Shown: positions 1-15,714, counted from the stretch's first letter. The stretch is DNA of 64,000 nt from Neocallimastix sp. 'constans' (GCA_050613775.1 JBODTK010000132.1:1-64000), one strand, 5' to 3'. A program made the numbers and translations. The notes: a model not told the origin generated them from the letters alone.

Positions 1-337
1 TTTATTTTATTTTATTTTATTTTATTTTATTTTATTTTATTTTATTTTATTTTATTTTATTTTATTTTATTTTATTTTATTTTATTTTATTTTATTTTAT
101 TTTATTTTATTTTATTTTATTTTATTTTATTTTATTTTATTTTATTTTATTTTATTTTATTTTATTTTATTTTATTTTATTTTATTTTATTTTATTTTAT
201 TTTATTTTATTTTATTTTATTTTATTTTATTTTATTTTATTTTATTTTATTTTATTTTATTTTATTTTATTTTATTTTATTTTATTTTATTTTATTTTAT
301 TTTATTTTATTTTATTTTATTTTATTTTATTTTATTT
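1..337. repeat. (TTTTA)n pentanucleotide microsatellite, truncated by the window start
   Basis: Perfect TTTTA reiteration from base 1 to about 337. Confidence 0.97.
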
Positions 338-689
338 AATTCATAAGTTAATTAAATATTTTGTTTTGAAATAAAATATATATATATATATATATATATT
401 ATATTTCAATATGTTTATTTTAATCTTTGATTCCTATAAAGGATACTTTGTGTTATTTATATATACCAATTTTTATATATTCTATGATGGATTGTTTATT
501 TGTATTATTAATAGTACTTAGTTTTTTTTTTTTTTTTTTTTTTATTTATTTATTTATTTAGACATGGAATAAACTTTATTTAATAATATTTATTAAAAAA
601 AAATTCATGAAAATAAAATACTTGTAAAAATTTTTACATTACTAATAAAAAAAAAAAAAAAACTACAATATAAGTTTTGAAGACGAAGC

Positions 690-1140
690 GGCCTCAAAAT
701 AATGAAATCATAAAAAAAAAAAAAAAAAGATTTTCTCGAAAGTAATTGAAAAAAAAATATATATATATATATTATTAGTAAAACGCCTTCTTTTCCCTCT
801 CTGAAGCCGATCTTAGTGCTTGGAAGATTGGTTCGTACCAAACTTTAAAAGTAGAATTTTCATAATGACTTGAAAGTAATAGAGTTCTTTTGGTTTAACA
901 AACAAGGGTCGCACATTTACTTGAAAATTTTCTAAAGATTCCTTTAAAGGAGTAAGATTCTTCATCATCAATTGCAGGAGCATCAATCTTTTTAATGATT
1001 CAAGTTCCTTAAAACTTGCAATAAATTCAACATCTTCATCACCAACAGAAGTGTTTCCTTTTGTAATACTAATGATTTTAAGGATTTTAACCATTCTTGA
1101 AAGCATTTGAAGTTCTAGTGACACAATTATTTCTTCAAAT
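690..1140 (-). pseudogene. Decayed coding relic, possibly retroelement gag-like
   Basis: GC-richer patch. Joining two minus-strand frames reads ..VKPKELYYFQ/HYENSTFKVWYEPIFQALRSASEREKKAFLL.., loosely like the gag 'P..F.G....F..W.........EK..LL' pattern. It is frameshifted and interrupted by homopolymers. Confidence 0.3.
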
Positions 1141-1451
1141 AAAAAGAACAAAAGAAAAAAGAACAGTAAAAAAAAAAAAAGAAAAGGAAAGAGAATTATT
1201 ACAAGAAATAATTGATTATATTAAAAATATAATTAATTTATTCAATAATGGTTATAAATTGAAAAGAATTCTTAAAATTAACAGTTGGTCCTAAAGCTAT
1301 ATATTAAAAAAGATATACCATATTTAAAAAAATTCCAGAAAAAAAAAATTAATAATTTTTGCAGAAATACATAATATGTCCAAAGAAAAAAAAATATTAA
1401 AAAAGAAATAATAAAAAAATTTTTTTTTTTGAATCAGAAGTTAATGGAAAA

Positions 1452-1497
<46 letters not shown>

Positions 1498-1844
1498 TAA
1501 ATAAATAATGGGAAAATCAGTAATGATAGGAATGACAAAAAAAAAATTAAAGTTATTTTTTATTATTTTTTAATTGAAAAATTTAATAAAAATAGTTTTG
1601 ATAATCGTAAAATAATTGAGAAGATTTGAATTGAAAATACAGATATATAATTATTGGGAATAATACATTTATAATGATAATAATTGAGTGTGTTGATAGT
1701 CCATCTTAAAACAAAAAATTTTAAATATGAATTTTCTCATGAAAATTTTTAATTTTTTTTCTGTTAAATTTTTGAATAAAAATTGAGTGTTTTTTTTTTT
1801 TTTTTTTTGATTAAATAATTATATATTATTTTTTTTTTATGTTT

Positions 1845-2149
1845 TGGTAGATTCATTAATAGCATTATTATAAAAAAAAATTTTGCAAGATGTAGTCATT
1901 CAATCCAGTCATCATGGAAAAAAAAAAAAAAAAAAGTACTTGAATAATATCTTAAGTATTGTTCAATGAATGACAACAACAACGTTCTCCCCGTCTAACT
2001 GTTTCATGATGATCAGTAGTGGTAATTTCTGATTGAATCCCAAGTTTTTTTTTTTTTCCATAAGTTCAAATCATAATTTTCAGTAGTAAATTGTGAACTT
2101 CCGTCACTCTGTATATATCTTTCAGGTAAATCATGTGGTCTGAATAATG

Positions 2150-2181
<32 letters not shown>

Positions 2182-2726
2182 AAGCTTTAGTTGTTTCTTC
2201 CGCACTTGGTGGTTCATTGAAAGGTATTAAGTGAATCACCCCTGAAAAACAATCCATAACACCCATAATCATTATATATTTCTTAGATTCAGGTAGTCCA
2301 CATAAAAAAAAAAATCTATTTCAATGGATTTCCAAGGGTGATCAGGAATTTCTAAAGGTCTTCATAAGTCATATCTCATGTGTCTATTAACTTTATTTCT
2401 TGTACATTGGTTCACGAGAGTTAACAAATTTTGTTATATCTTCATGCATCTTCTGGCCACCAAAAAAAATAATGAGAAATTAATTCTTCAGTTCTTCCAA
2501 TAACCTAAGTGTCCAGCAGTTGGTTGATCATGATATCTATTTAGTAATTCTAAGGGTAAAGAAGCTGGAACATAAATCAGATCAGATTAATGTACATAAT
2601 CATGTTAGTTAGTTTTTAAATTTAAATTTGTTCATTTTCCTTAAAGGGAGGGCAATAGTATCCTTGATTAACATTATTTGGAGTAAAAATATAAGCAAAT
2701 ATATCCTTAGCGGTTTCATCTTCTTT

Positions 2727-2766
<40 letters not shown>

Positions 2767-2990
2767 GATAATTCTATCAATAAAAGTACTGATAACACCT
2801 ATTAAACAAGGAGTAGTGGTAATACTTTTACGCTTTAAAATATTTTCAGGGTGGTATTTTTTCAAAAATCCTTTTTGAAATTGGGTCTTCTAGATAAACT
2901 ATCTGGTTTTCCGTTCTTTTGGTCTAGTATGGAACAACATTTAAAAAAGATTTTTAAGATCAAGTTTTCGGAAATTATAAAGTAGAAAAA
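1845..2990 (-). mobile_element. Degenerate Ty3/gypsy pol relic (RNase H end plus integrase)
   Basis: Minus-strand fragments occur in gypsy order: KNGKPDSLSRRP (RNase H end), HDQPTAGHLG and WWP.MHEDI.KFV (HHCC region), RPLEIPDHPWKSIEIDF, VMDCFS..IHLIPF, IEQYLR, DDWIE*LHLA..YNNA (integrase core). There are many frameshifts, stops and poly-T insertions. Confidence 0.88.
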
Positions 2991-3155
2991 GGGAACTAAA
3001 AAAAAGAAAAAAAATTTAATGTTGAAAAAAAAAATGTCAAATGACACTTTCTTAAAAAAAGGATGAAGTTGAAATTTTTTAGGAACATTTTTTACTTTCT
3101 GACAACAAAATGAATTAAGCCAGTAATAATAAAAAAAAAAAAAAAAAAAAAAATT

Positions 3156-3370
3156 TTATTGTTTTATACAAACTGTTATAAAACAGAAAAGAAAAGAAAA
3201 ACTTATTGTTTTATACAAACTGTTATAAAACAGAAAAGAAAAAAAAATTATTGTTTTATACAAACTGTTATAAGACAGAAAAGAAAAGAAAAACTTATTG
3301 TTTTATACAAACTGTTATAAAACAGAAAAGAAAAAAAAATTATTGTTTTATACAAACTGTTATAAAACAG
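3156..3370. repeat. Minisatellite of five palindromic units with alternating 47/45-bp period
   Basis: Core TTATTGTTTTATACAAACTGTTATAAAACAG starts at 3156, 3203, 3248, 3295 and 3340. Each copy carries the inverted repeat TGTTTTATA/TATAAAACA, with one mismatch in copy 3. Confidence 0.92.
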
Positions 3371-3539
3371 AAAAAACAGAAAAAAAAAAAAAAAAGGTAC
3401 GGGAATTTTTAAAGACCAAAGAGAAGGGTTAAGGAGTATCCAAAGAAATTTGAAGAAGAAAGGAAAATATTATTTAATTACTTACTTTTTCCCCTTATTT
3501 TGAAAATTTTCCAAAAAAATTTTTTTTTATAAATTGTCC

Positions 3540-3589
<50 letters not shown>

Positions 3590-3610
3590 AAGAATTGATG
3601 GTTCCTTCTG

Positions 3611-3659
<49 letters not shown>

Positions 3660-3850
3660 GAGGAATGAGTACTTCTTCAGAGATAGGATGAAATGGAATT
3701 CCCCCCCCCCTCGTATTTTCATTTGGTCAGTAGACCGCTTCAAGTGATCAAATTGGGCATTTAATACTGTAATACTGTAATACTGTATTATTATGCCATC
3801 TCACTACACAAGAAATTACGGAGAGAAATGACTTTTTAATAAAAAATAAA

Positions 3851-3901
<51 letters not shown>

Positions 3902-4062
3902 TAAATAAATAAATAAATTAATAAATCATCATCATCATCTATTATTATCAAATCTAAAAGCTTTTTAAACTACTTTAGCAATAGGTTTATAGGAGTTCCA
4001 ATATAAAAAAAACCTTTAAAAACATAAAAAAAAAAAAAAATCAAACCTATGTACAAGTATTT

Positions 4063-4103
<41 letters not shown>

Positions 4104-4520
4104 TTTATTAATTAAAACATTAAATATTATATATATATATAAAAACATATTTATTTTTTTTTTTTATTTTGCTTAATACTGTTAATTATTATTTCAAATA
4201 CAATGAGTAAAAAAAAAAAATAATAATAAAAATAAAAATAAAAAAATAAAAAAAAAATGGTATATGTGTATATAAACTGAAACAAAAAAAAAAGAATTGA
4301 TTAAAAATAAATAATATTTTTTTTTTATTATTTTTTGTAATATAATTAAAAGTTTAATTTAATTTAATTAAATAAATAAATTGAAATAAATAAAACAAAA
4401 AATTGAAAATAAATAGAGAAGATGAAGGAAAAAGTAATTAAAATTCTTAAAAAAAAAAATGGTGTTATAAATTTTACTAAATAAATATTTTATATTATAA
4501 ATGAATATAGAGAAATTTAA

Positions 4521-4556
<36 letters not shown>

Positions 4557-4933
4557 AAAAGTAGATATTTCAAAACCTAAACAGAAGTTTTAATAAATTT
4601 ATTTAAAAAAAAAAGTATTTTTTATAATAAAAATACTTGTTAATATTAAAATTATTCTTTTCTTTATATCTTTTAAATTATAAAAAAAAATTAAAAAAAA
4701 AAAAATAATTATATTTAAGTCATAATAACTAATATTTCAATTATAACTATATAATATTAATAGTAAATAATAAAGTTATCCATGCGTTTTATGAAAAAAA
4801 AAATAATAATAATAATAATAAAAAATGAAAATAATAAAAATTAATAAATAATAACAGGTAATAATAAATAATAAATTATACTAATAATAATAATAGTAAA
4901 GTAAAAATAATAGTAAATAAAATTTTTCACTTT

Positions 4934-4968
<35 letters not shown>

Positions 4969-5194
4969 TTTTGTTTTGTTTTTTGTTTTTATTTTTAAAT
5001 AAACTCCAAAAAATCTTAATCTTAATTTTTATCAAATTCAAAAGCATTCAATAATTAATTTTAATAATTATTTAATATTGAATAATTCTTAATGAATTTT
5101 ATTTTAATTATATTTGTTAGTATCAATTATTATTGCATTGTTATTTATTATTGTTATGCTATTATCATTTAATATATATAATTGCCATTAATTA

Positions 5195-5253
<59 letters not shown>

Positions 5254-6816
5254 GTCATTTATTATTTAACTTGATAAATCTAAACAAAAAAACAAAAAAA
5301 AAAAAAAATATTAAATAATAATGAAAAACTATAATTTTTCCTATTGAAGGACTATTTTATATTATTAATAATAATAATTTGAATTACTTTTTTCTATTAT
5401 TTTTGTTTCACATCAATTGTAACACTACATATTAAAACAAAAACGCTTAATTTGTAATTAATCATAATAATATTTATATATATTTTTTTATATATTTATA
5501 TATAATATAAAATTTACAATAATCTTTCCGAAATTAAAATTTTATTGGATAGTTAATTAATATCAATAATTTATATAAATGATATTAAAAATCTTAATTA
5601 TTTATAATAATTTAAAAACTTTATATCTTTGTTTTAATTTTTTAAAAATAAATAAATTTATATATAAATAATGTTTAATATATAAATATTTTTTTAATAT
5701 AATTAATAAAATTTTATAATAATAATAAAGTTAAGGAGAAAAAGGAAAAAAAAAAAAAAAAAAAAAAAATTAAAAGAGATGATCTATTAATTAAAGAGGC
5801 ATAATTTTATAATTTTTAATGTGAAATTTAAATATCAAAAATTTATATTAAAAAAATTAATGAATAATGAATAATAAAAAAATTATTGATATTATTTATG
5901 TTAATGATTATAAATTTAATTTTTATTTTTTTATTTATTACTCATAATAAATATATAAATAGATAATAAATAGAGTTTAAAAAAAATAAAATTTTAATTT
6001 TTACTTTTTATTTTTGTTTGATATTAATAATTGATTTAGAATAAAGTTAAAATGAATTATATTAATACTAAATTTTTAATTTCTATATCTGGATTTTTAT
6101 TATGATTATGATTATGATTATAATTATGATTATAATTATAATTATAATTATTATGATTATGGTTATGATTATGATTATAATTAATTTTATGATAAAATTC
6201 CTTATTAATATTAATTTTTAATTATTAATTATTAAGATAAACTTTATTTAAATGCTTTTTTAATGAAGTTTAAAATATATATTTATTATATATATATATT
6301 ATTTTATTTTAATTCCTTTCATGAAGTTTGAATTATTGTTCTTTATATATATACTTTTAATAAATAAAAAGTTTAAAAATAATAGTATGTTTATACTTTT
6401 AATAAACAAAAAGTTTAAAAATAATAGTATGTTATATATATTTATATAAATATATATATTTGTATCAGATGATTATTTTTTAAATTATAATATTATATAT
6501 TTATAATGATATATATTATTTTTATTAAAAGTTAACTGAAATTAATATATCAATAATGAGGAAAAAAATAATTAAAAAAAAAAAAGTTTATATAACAAAA
6601 TCTAACTAAATAATTAGAACTCTTTTCCTATTTATCCTTAAAATAAAAATATAATAAACAAAGGAAAAAGGATTGAAATTTGAAAATAGTATATTATAAA
6701 AAAAAATCAATTAAAAAAAAAATATATATATATATATTTATAAACATATATTTATATATTATTTATTTATTTATTTTTAATTTTATATTATTTTATTTTA
6801 CTTAATAATAATAATT

Positions 6817-6860
<44 letters not shown>

Positions 6861-7830
6861 TACATCTATTTTTTTGATTAGATATTTCAATGATTTCTAT
6901 AGAATTTTTATTTATAAGTTAAAAATTTAAAAATGTTTATTATTATTAGCAGGAAAAAAAAAAAAAGGATTAAAATTACTTTAAAAAATGTAAAAAAATT
7001 TTTTATTATTTTATTCCTACAAATTATTCCTATAGGACTGACATTAATAATATTGTTTATGATATTAGTAGAAAAAATAAATTAATAAATAAATTAATAA
7101 ATAAATAAAATACGAATTTTCAATAATAAATAATTAATAAATCAGAAAAAAAAAATTAATGAAGTTTATGAAACAATTAATTTATCTATTTAAAAAAAAA
7201 TAAATAAATATGAAACTCCTAATTTATTTATTTATTTATTTGTAGATGTAAAGAGTTTCATTTTAATGGTTTAATAAATATAAGATTAAAGCTAAATTTA
7301 TTTTAATTTAATAAATTACTGTCTTATTTATAATTTATTATTATTATTATTATTATTAATGAAATTTTTTAATAATAATTTCATTAATATTTATATATTT
7401 TAAAAGAAATTTAATTTATTTATTTTTACTTTTTTATTTATTAATAATTAAGATTATATTTTATTTTTATTTTTGTTTTTAATTTATTTTTATTTTATTT
7501 TTATTTTATTTTCATTTTTATTTTTTTTTTTTTTTTTTCATTTTAAAAAGGAAGAGAAATATTTATATTTTATTCCTAACAATATTTAATAAAAAATTAA
7601 TGATAAGGGAAATTTTAATATAATGAGGTCATTTCATTTTTTTTTATTATTATTTTTTTTTTTTATTTTTATTTTATTTTTTTTTTTTTTTATTTTAATT
7701 TTATTCATATATATTAAAAATTTTAAGAACTCTTGAGGAGTTTATAAAATAGGAAATATTTAAATAAATAAATATATTAATAAAATAAAAAAGGAGAGTA
7801 GAATTAAAAATATTTATTAATTTTTTATTT

Positions 7831-7874
<44 letters not shown>

Positions 7875-9286
7875 TTTTCTATGTTTATTACATTCTTTCT
7901 TTCTTTATCTATATCTTACAAACTTTTATAAAAAATATTAAAATAAAAATTAAAGTAAAAATGAAAATATATATATTTTCTCTTAGTTGTTAAATGAATT
8001 TTTCATTTTTTTTTTTTTTTTTATATGAAAAAATACAAAGTGTTGAAGTTTATGTAATAAATAAAATAATAATAATTATATAATTAATGACAATCTCATT
8101 ATTAAAAAAAGTAAAAATAAAAATAAAAATAAAAAAAAAGAGAATAAAACATTAAACTAATTAAAAAAAAAAAGAGAGAGAGAATAAAACATTAAACTAA
8201 TTAAAAAAAAAAAAAAAAAAAAGAGAGAATAAAACATTAATTAAACTAATTAAAAAAAATAATAGAAATGAGAAAAAATAATTAAAAAATAATATTATAA
8301 ATATTAATATTAATATTAATAATTCCTTAGCTATATTAAATATTATTATTATTAAATATAATTTTTAATTATTTTTAATTATTTTTAATTATTTTTAATT
8401 ATTTTTAATTATTATGATTATTATTATTTATTATTATTATTATTTATTATTATTATTATTTATTATTTATTATTTATTATTTATTATTTCTTAATGAATT
8501 ATTGATTAATTATTATTTTATTTTATTTCATTTATTTCGGAGATTAATTAATTAAAGAAAAAATAAAATAAAATAAAAAAAAATGAAATAAAATAAAAAT
8601 AAAATAAAAAAAAAATAAAAATAAATTAAAAAATAAATTTGTAATAAATGATTATTAATAATTATATTATAATTATATTGGTAAAAAATATGACCAATTT
8701 TTTCCATTATATTTTAGGTTATGACAAACGGTTTAAATAAAAATAAAAATAAAAATAAAAATAAATATTGATAGTGCCTTTAATTCAAACATGAAAAATA
8801 AAAAAGATAAAATATATTAATTAATATTGAAGATTTTATTCATTATTATCAGTTGAAACTACTTTATTAAATTGTATCGTTTTTTAAAAAAATAAAATAA
8901 AATAAAATAAAAATAAATAAATATAAAAATAAAAATATATGGCTATTTCAAAATCTGATCTTAACTCTATCTATGATTATATAATAAAAAAAATTTTTTT
9001 TTATTAAAATAGTTACTGATCAATACTTTTTATTTTTATTAGTAATATTTTCTTATTATTATATATTAGAAATTTATATATATATATATATATATATTTA
9101 ATAAATAACTAAATAATAAAATAAAAAAAAAATAAATAAATAACAATTAATAATAATAATAATAAATAATAATAATAATAATAACGATAAATAATCATAA
9201 TAATGATAATAATGATAAATAATAATAATAATAATTATAATAAATAATTATAATAATTCTTTCTATTGGTTAGCCTTTTGTCTTTT

Positions 9287-9318
<32 letters not shown>

Positions 9319-9381
9319 AATAATAAATCCATTAAATACTATGTGAATAGGTGAGAAGAACTCTTTTGAAAAAATAAAATG

Positions 9382-9416
<35 letters not shown>

Positions 9417-9515
9417 CTTCTTATCATAATCATTATAAATATTAATTATTTCATTTTTATTTTTTTTTTTTTTTTTTTTTTTTTGAACCATAACATGAAT
9501 AATGAAATAAAAAAA

Positions 9516-9562
<47 letters not shown>

Positions 9563-12500
9563 TTTCTGTTTAATATTTAATTCAATGTGCAACAAATCAA
9601 CAGAAAATAATCATCTACTCTATTAAAAAATATTTATTATTCAAAAATAAAAAATATATACATTATTGATATTGACATTAAAATATTTTTATTTTTAACT
9701 AGTATAAAATTTTTTTATTTTTATGATTATTCCTTTTCTTTATTATTTATTTATTTAAAAAAGTTATCCAGAACAATGTTAATAAAATAAAAATAAAATA
9801 AATAATAAACAACAATAAGAAAAAAAATAAAATAAAGTAAAAATATAAAAAAATATTTATATATTATATAAATAAATAAAAATAAACAAAGTCATTGGAA
9901 TAAAAATAGCCCAATTTTTCTAAATATATATAAAAACATTGTAAAAGTCGATGGATTAATGAAAAATAAAAAAAAAATAAAATAAATAAAAAGTCAACAA
10001 ATAAAATAAATATGAACTTTTAATAAGTAAATAAAATAAAATTAAATAAAAAAATCAAGATTCCAATAAAATTTTAAAATTAATAAATAAATAATTAATA
10101 ATTAAAAATTATAAAATATTTTAGAGTGCTTATATTATTTTATCTATTATTTTATAGAACTAATAATTAATTTTTATTATTTTATCTATTATTTTATCTA
10201 TTATTTTATAGAGCTAATAATTAATTTTTATTATTTTATCTATTATTTTATTCATATTCAATAGAATTTTATCCTTTTGGAAAAAAAAATTATTAATTTT
10301 TTTTTTCTTATCTTTTTTTTTTTTTTAATACTTTTTTTAACCTTTTTTGTATAAAGTTTATATTATAATAAATAAAATAAAAAAAAAAACATTTTTAACT
10401 TTATTTTATTATTATTTAATATAGAAATCTTAATGAAAAATAAATGAAAAATAAATGAAAAATAAATGAAAAATAAATGAAAAATAAATGAAAAATAGAT
10501 GAAAAATAAATGAAAAATGGATGAAAATTTAAATTATAATTAATAATTTAAAGTCCATAAAGAAGGACAGGATTTTAAATATTTAATTAAATCATCATCA
10601 TCATCATTTTATTCATAATAATTCATAATAATTCATAATAAATAAATATTTAAAAAAGTTTTTATATTTTTTTTATTTGTATAAAAATATATTTAATTTC
10701 TTTTATTTATTTTTTTTGATCTCTTTTTATTTATTTATTTATTATTATTATTTATTATTATTTATTTATTTATTTATTAATGGCTAATTTGTAATACTTT
10801 TTTACTAACTCAAAATTCCATAATTATTAATTTATTTAACTTTTTTATTTTTTTTTAATTTTATTTCTTGGTTTGATTTTATTCCTTTTTTAAATTTTAT
10901 CTTTTACTTTATTTTTTATTCTATTATTTTATTATTCTTATTTATACTTATTTATATATATATCTTTTATTAATTTTTTTTTTATCTTTTATTGTATTAT
11001 TTTATTGCTTTTTTTTTTAATTTGTCAATTCATATAACTATATAATATAATTCATAGAATTAATTCATCAAAAAATAATATAAAATTTCCTAATAATAAT
11101 AAATAAATATATGAAATTATCAATAATTAAGTTATATAAATTAAAAATAAAATAGTAAATTTAATAAATAAAACAATAATAAAAAAAAAAGCAATAATAA
11201 TGTTATATATACTTTTTAAAAATAATTAATTTTATTATTATTGAATATTGAATATATATATTTATTTGTTATCATTATTATTATTATTATCATTATTTTA
11301 AATTATTTGATTAGTTGAATTACTTCAATAGAAGATTCTTTTTTTTTTTTTTTATTTAAATAACAAACATTTTATTTTCATATAAAAATTATAAAAAGAA
11401 TAATAAATATTTAATAGATATATATATATATATAAAAAGGTTTAAAAAATGTCAAGAAAAAAAAAATAAAACAAAATAAAAAAAATAATAATTACGAATG
11501 AAGTGTTAACCATCATGAGAATATTTCTTTTTTTTTTTTAAAGGGGTCCTTTTTTTTTTATTATAATTATTTCTATATATATATTTAAAATACATTATGA
11601 CTAAAAAAAGATTTTTTAATTAAAGCAAAAAATTACTATTATTATTCATTATTTATACTATTGATTAATTAATTAATTAATTAATGATTAATGATTATAA
11701 TTAAGACATAAAGAAAAAATTGTTACAATTAAAATAAAATATAAAAAAAAATTATACAAAAAATATATAAAATAACAATAGCAATTAATTAATAATTAAT
11801 ATTACTAATAATAATTATTAATAATTATTTAAAATAAAAAAAAATCCACTTTAACCTAAATTTTCAATGATGAAACTTTCTTTTGACTAATATGGAGATA
11901 AATTTATATTCCATATATAAAAAAATTAAAAGGTTAAAAAGTAATAATAAAAAATAATAATAAAATAAATTAAAAATTAAAAAATTAAATATTAAAATTA
12001 AATATTAAAAATTTTAATAAAAATTAAATATTAAAAATTACAAATTACAAATTAACAAATTAAAAAATTAAAAAATTACTAAAAAATTAAAAAAAAAAAA
12101 AAAATTTTAAAGATTAAATTTTAGATTAAATTTTAGGGTTAAAATTAAATAAAATTAAATACAAAAAAAAAATACAAAAAAAAAAATACAAAAAAAATTA
12201 AAAAAAAAATAAAAAATTAAAATTTTCATTTTATATTTTACTTTTTTAATATAATTATAATAATTTATAAATATATAATAAAATTCGTAATAATAATAAA
12301 TTTATAGGTATAAATAAATATATAAATTATTTTAATTATTTTTAATTTGTTTTTTAATGGTTTTATTTTTTTTTTTTTTTAAAAAAAATAAATAATAAAA
12401 ATGCCATTGTCGAAATTCTTTAATTAATAAATTAAAAAAAAAAAAAATTTTTTTAATATTATTAATGATTATGATAAGAAATATCTTTCCTTTTTTTCTT

Positions 12501-13082
12501 TTTTTTTCATTGTTTGTGTTTATGATTATATTTATTTTAATAGGATAAAAAATAAATTTAATAATAATATTAATAATAATAATAAAATCCCTTTAATAAA
12601 CCTTAAATAGTCATGCTATGATATTTAATTATTATTAATATTATTTTTTAAAAGGAAATGTCTTTTTTTTTTATATATATTTTTTATAAGGTGATTTAAC
12701 AATTAAAATATATAATTGTTATTCTATAGGTTTGTATTTTTTTATTATTTCATTTTGTTTTTATTTTTTACCTACTTAATAATAATAATAAAATCTTTAA
12801 ACGAGATTTCTTTTCTTTTAATCAAAAAAAAACAAAAAAAAATAAATTATCTTATTATAGTTAATATTACATTAATTGAGAAGATGACCTTTTTTTTTAT
12901 TTAAAAACAAATTAAAAAAAAAAATGATATTATTATTTTTATTAGTATTAGTATTAGTATTAATTTAATATTATGACATTATGTAATTAAAATGTTATTA
13001 AAAAAAATTTATTTATATATATATGTATAATAATTTTGTATATAATTAATTATTATTGTCGTTCATATATTTAGTTTTATTT

Positions 13083-13116
<34 letters not shown>

Positions 13117-13524
13117 TTTAGTATTTTATTATATTAACTATTGTTATTTCTTTTTTTTTGTGTCATCTTCATTATTATTATAATTATTATGTCATTATTT
13201 TTATTATTTTTATTATTTTTATCATTTTTTTATATTTATTTCTAATAAAATTAAATAATTAATTAATTATATAATTATTTAACAAAAAAATATAAATTTG
13301 ATAATATATATATATGTTATAAGGAGATATATAGTCCTTATACTTAATATCATTTTATTAATAATAATTTTATTTTTATTTTTTTTCCCATTAAAATCAT
13401 TTTAAAAAAAAATTAATAATATAAATTATAAAATTATTAATAAAAAAAAATTATTAATAAAAAAATAAAAAAATTTTTTTATTATTATTCACCTTTTTTT
13501 TATTTTATTGAATTTTATTATTTA

Positions 13525-13563
<39 letters not shown>

Positions 13564-14117
13564 ATAATTATAATAATAATAATATTATTATTATTAGGTA
13601 TAACTAGACAAACGAATAAAATATCTATATATCTACATTTATATATCTACGTTTATATATATATGTATATTTTTTTTTTATATATTTTTTTTATTCATCT
13701 ACTAGTAATGAATCAATAATATGGAAAATATGATAATTATTACAATAATTTTATTTATAATATTAAATTAAAATTATAAATTAATTTTAATAATTAATTA
13801 ACTAATTATTTCTTTTTTTAATTTAAAATCATTTTCTTTTTAATTTTGATTCATTTTTTTAATTTATTGTCACCAATTTCCATGATGTCCTTTTTAGGAA
13901 AAATAGAATATTACCTAAAAAAGATTAATAAATTAACTTTTTATTGAATTTTTAATAAATAAACTTTTTTTAATATATTATTAAAATAAAGTTTATTAAT
14001 TTTTAAAGTTTTTAATATGTAAAATAATAACAATAAAATAAAGAATTAAATACAATCAAAAAAAAAAAAAAAAGTTAATTAATTTTAATTTTATTAAATC
14101 CATTTAATTTAATTTAA

Positions 14118-14258
14118 TTTTTTTTTTTTTTTTTTTTTAACTGGCTTGAACTGAGGATGAACGAATAAGGGAAGGACACAATAGAACCTCTAAAAGTCTC
14201 TCCCCCTACCCTTAAAACGTATCAGACGCTCATTGGATTCTTTACCATATTATTTCGG
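14118..14258 (-). mobile_element. 5'-truncated copy of a poly(A)-tailed retroposon (same family as 37002 and 58320)
   Basis: Reverse complement CCGAAATAATATGGTAAAGAATCCAATGAGCGTCTGATACGTTTTAAGG..GAGAGACT..AGAGGTTCTATTGTGTCCTTCCC..poly(A) aligns by eye with 58320-58431 and 37002-37069. Confidence 0.7.
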
Positions 14259-15175
14259 ATATATAGGAATAAAAAATAAATGAATGAATGAATGAATAAA
14301 TAAATAAATCTAATGGCATTTTTTTTATTTTATTTTTATTTTTTCTTTTTATTATTATAATGTTTATATTTATTATATTTTATTTTAATAGAAATTCTAT
14401 TACTATGAATAAATAAATATATAAATAAATATATTTGGTAATTCTTTAAGTAAAAAATTGAAAATAAAATAATAAAATAACAATAATAAAATTAATGGTT
14501 ATGATGATGAACACTATAGGAAAAAAAAAATAGAACATACGAAAATGTGACAATTAGGATATAAGAATGAAGTAGAATATTCAAAAAATAATCTTTAAAA
14601 CTTTACTCTATATAAAATGCATAAAATATATATTATTTATTTATTATTAATTTATTTGTATTTTTTTTTATATTATTAATGATTATTATTAATTATTATT
14701 CATTATTATTATTTATAAATAAATAATTTACCAATTTTCCATAATCTATATTATTATTATTGATTATTATTATTTATTATTATTATTATTTATTATTTAT
14801 TATTTATTATTATTAGTAATATTTGTGATAAAAAAAAAAAATTCTATGAAAATTCTTCTTTCAATTTATATTTGTACAAAATATTAATTAATTGTATAGT
14901 ATTATTAGGGGAAAAAAATTTTTTTTTTAAATTAAAAGTGTTGTTGACATTGTTACATTTTATTGTTTAAATAATATCTTTATTAATAAAAAAGTATAAA
15001 TCATTCATTAATAAATAATTCATTAGAATAAATTAATAAAAATAAAATAATTTGTTAAAAATAATAATAATTAATAATAATAATTAATAATAATAATTAA
15101 TAATAATAATTAATAATTAATAAATGTTATTTTACAGGTTTATTCTAATATTTTATTTGTTAACTTTCTAATAGT

Positions 15176-15219
<44 letters not shown>

Positions 15220-15660
15220 CAAAATATGAAATAAAAAAAAAAAATTTTTTTTTTTTTAAATTAATAAATTTAAATCATCTTTGTATAGTTATATTTATTC
15301 TTATATAATATTATTAATTATAACTTTTTTTTTTTCTTTAATTGTTTTTATTATTGTTTTTATTAATTTTTATTATTATTAATTATTACTTTTTATTAAT
15401 GATTAGAAACATGAAATGTTACATATATCTATTTAATTTTATTTTAAACAAAAAAAAAAAAAAAAAAATAACGATTTATGAATATTAAAAAGTCAATAAA
15501 TATATTAATATTATAAAATATTAAAATATATTTATAAAATGAAAAAATATATGAAAATTAATTTTTTTTTTTTCATTATATATAAATTTTTATAATATAT
15601 AAATATAAATATAAATATGTATATATATTATTTATTACAAAATTAATATCATATCATTTA

Positions 15661-15714
<54 letters not shown>

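Noticed and set aside
1..337. Telomeric repeat at the window edge
   Set aside because: TTTTA lacks the G-rich strand of telomere repeats, and shorter TTTTA tracts occur throughout the window.
3156..3370. CRISPR array or 68-aa repeat protein (ORF 3206-3412)
   Set aside because: The spacers are low-complexity A/G and alternate between two types. The ORF is a by-product of the repeat.
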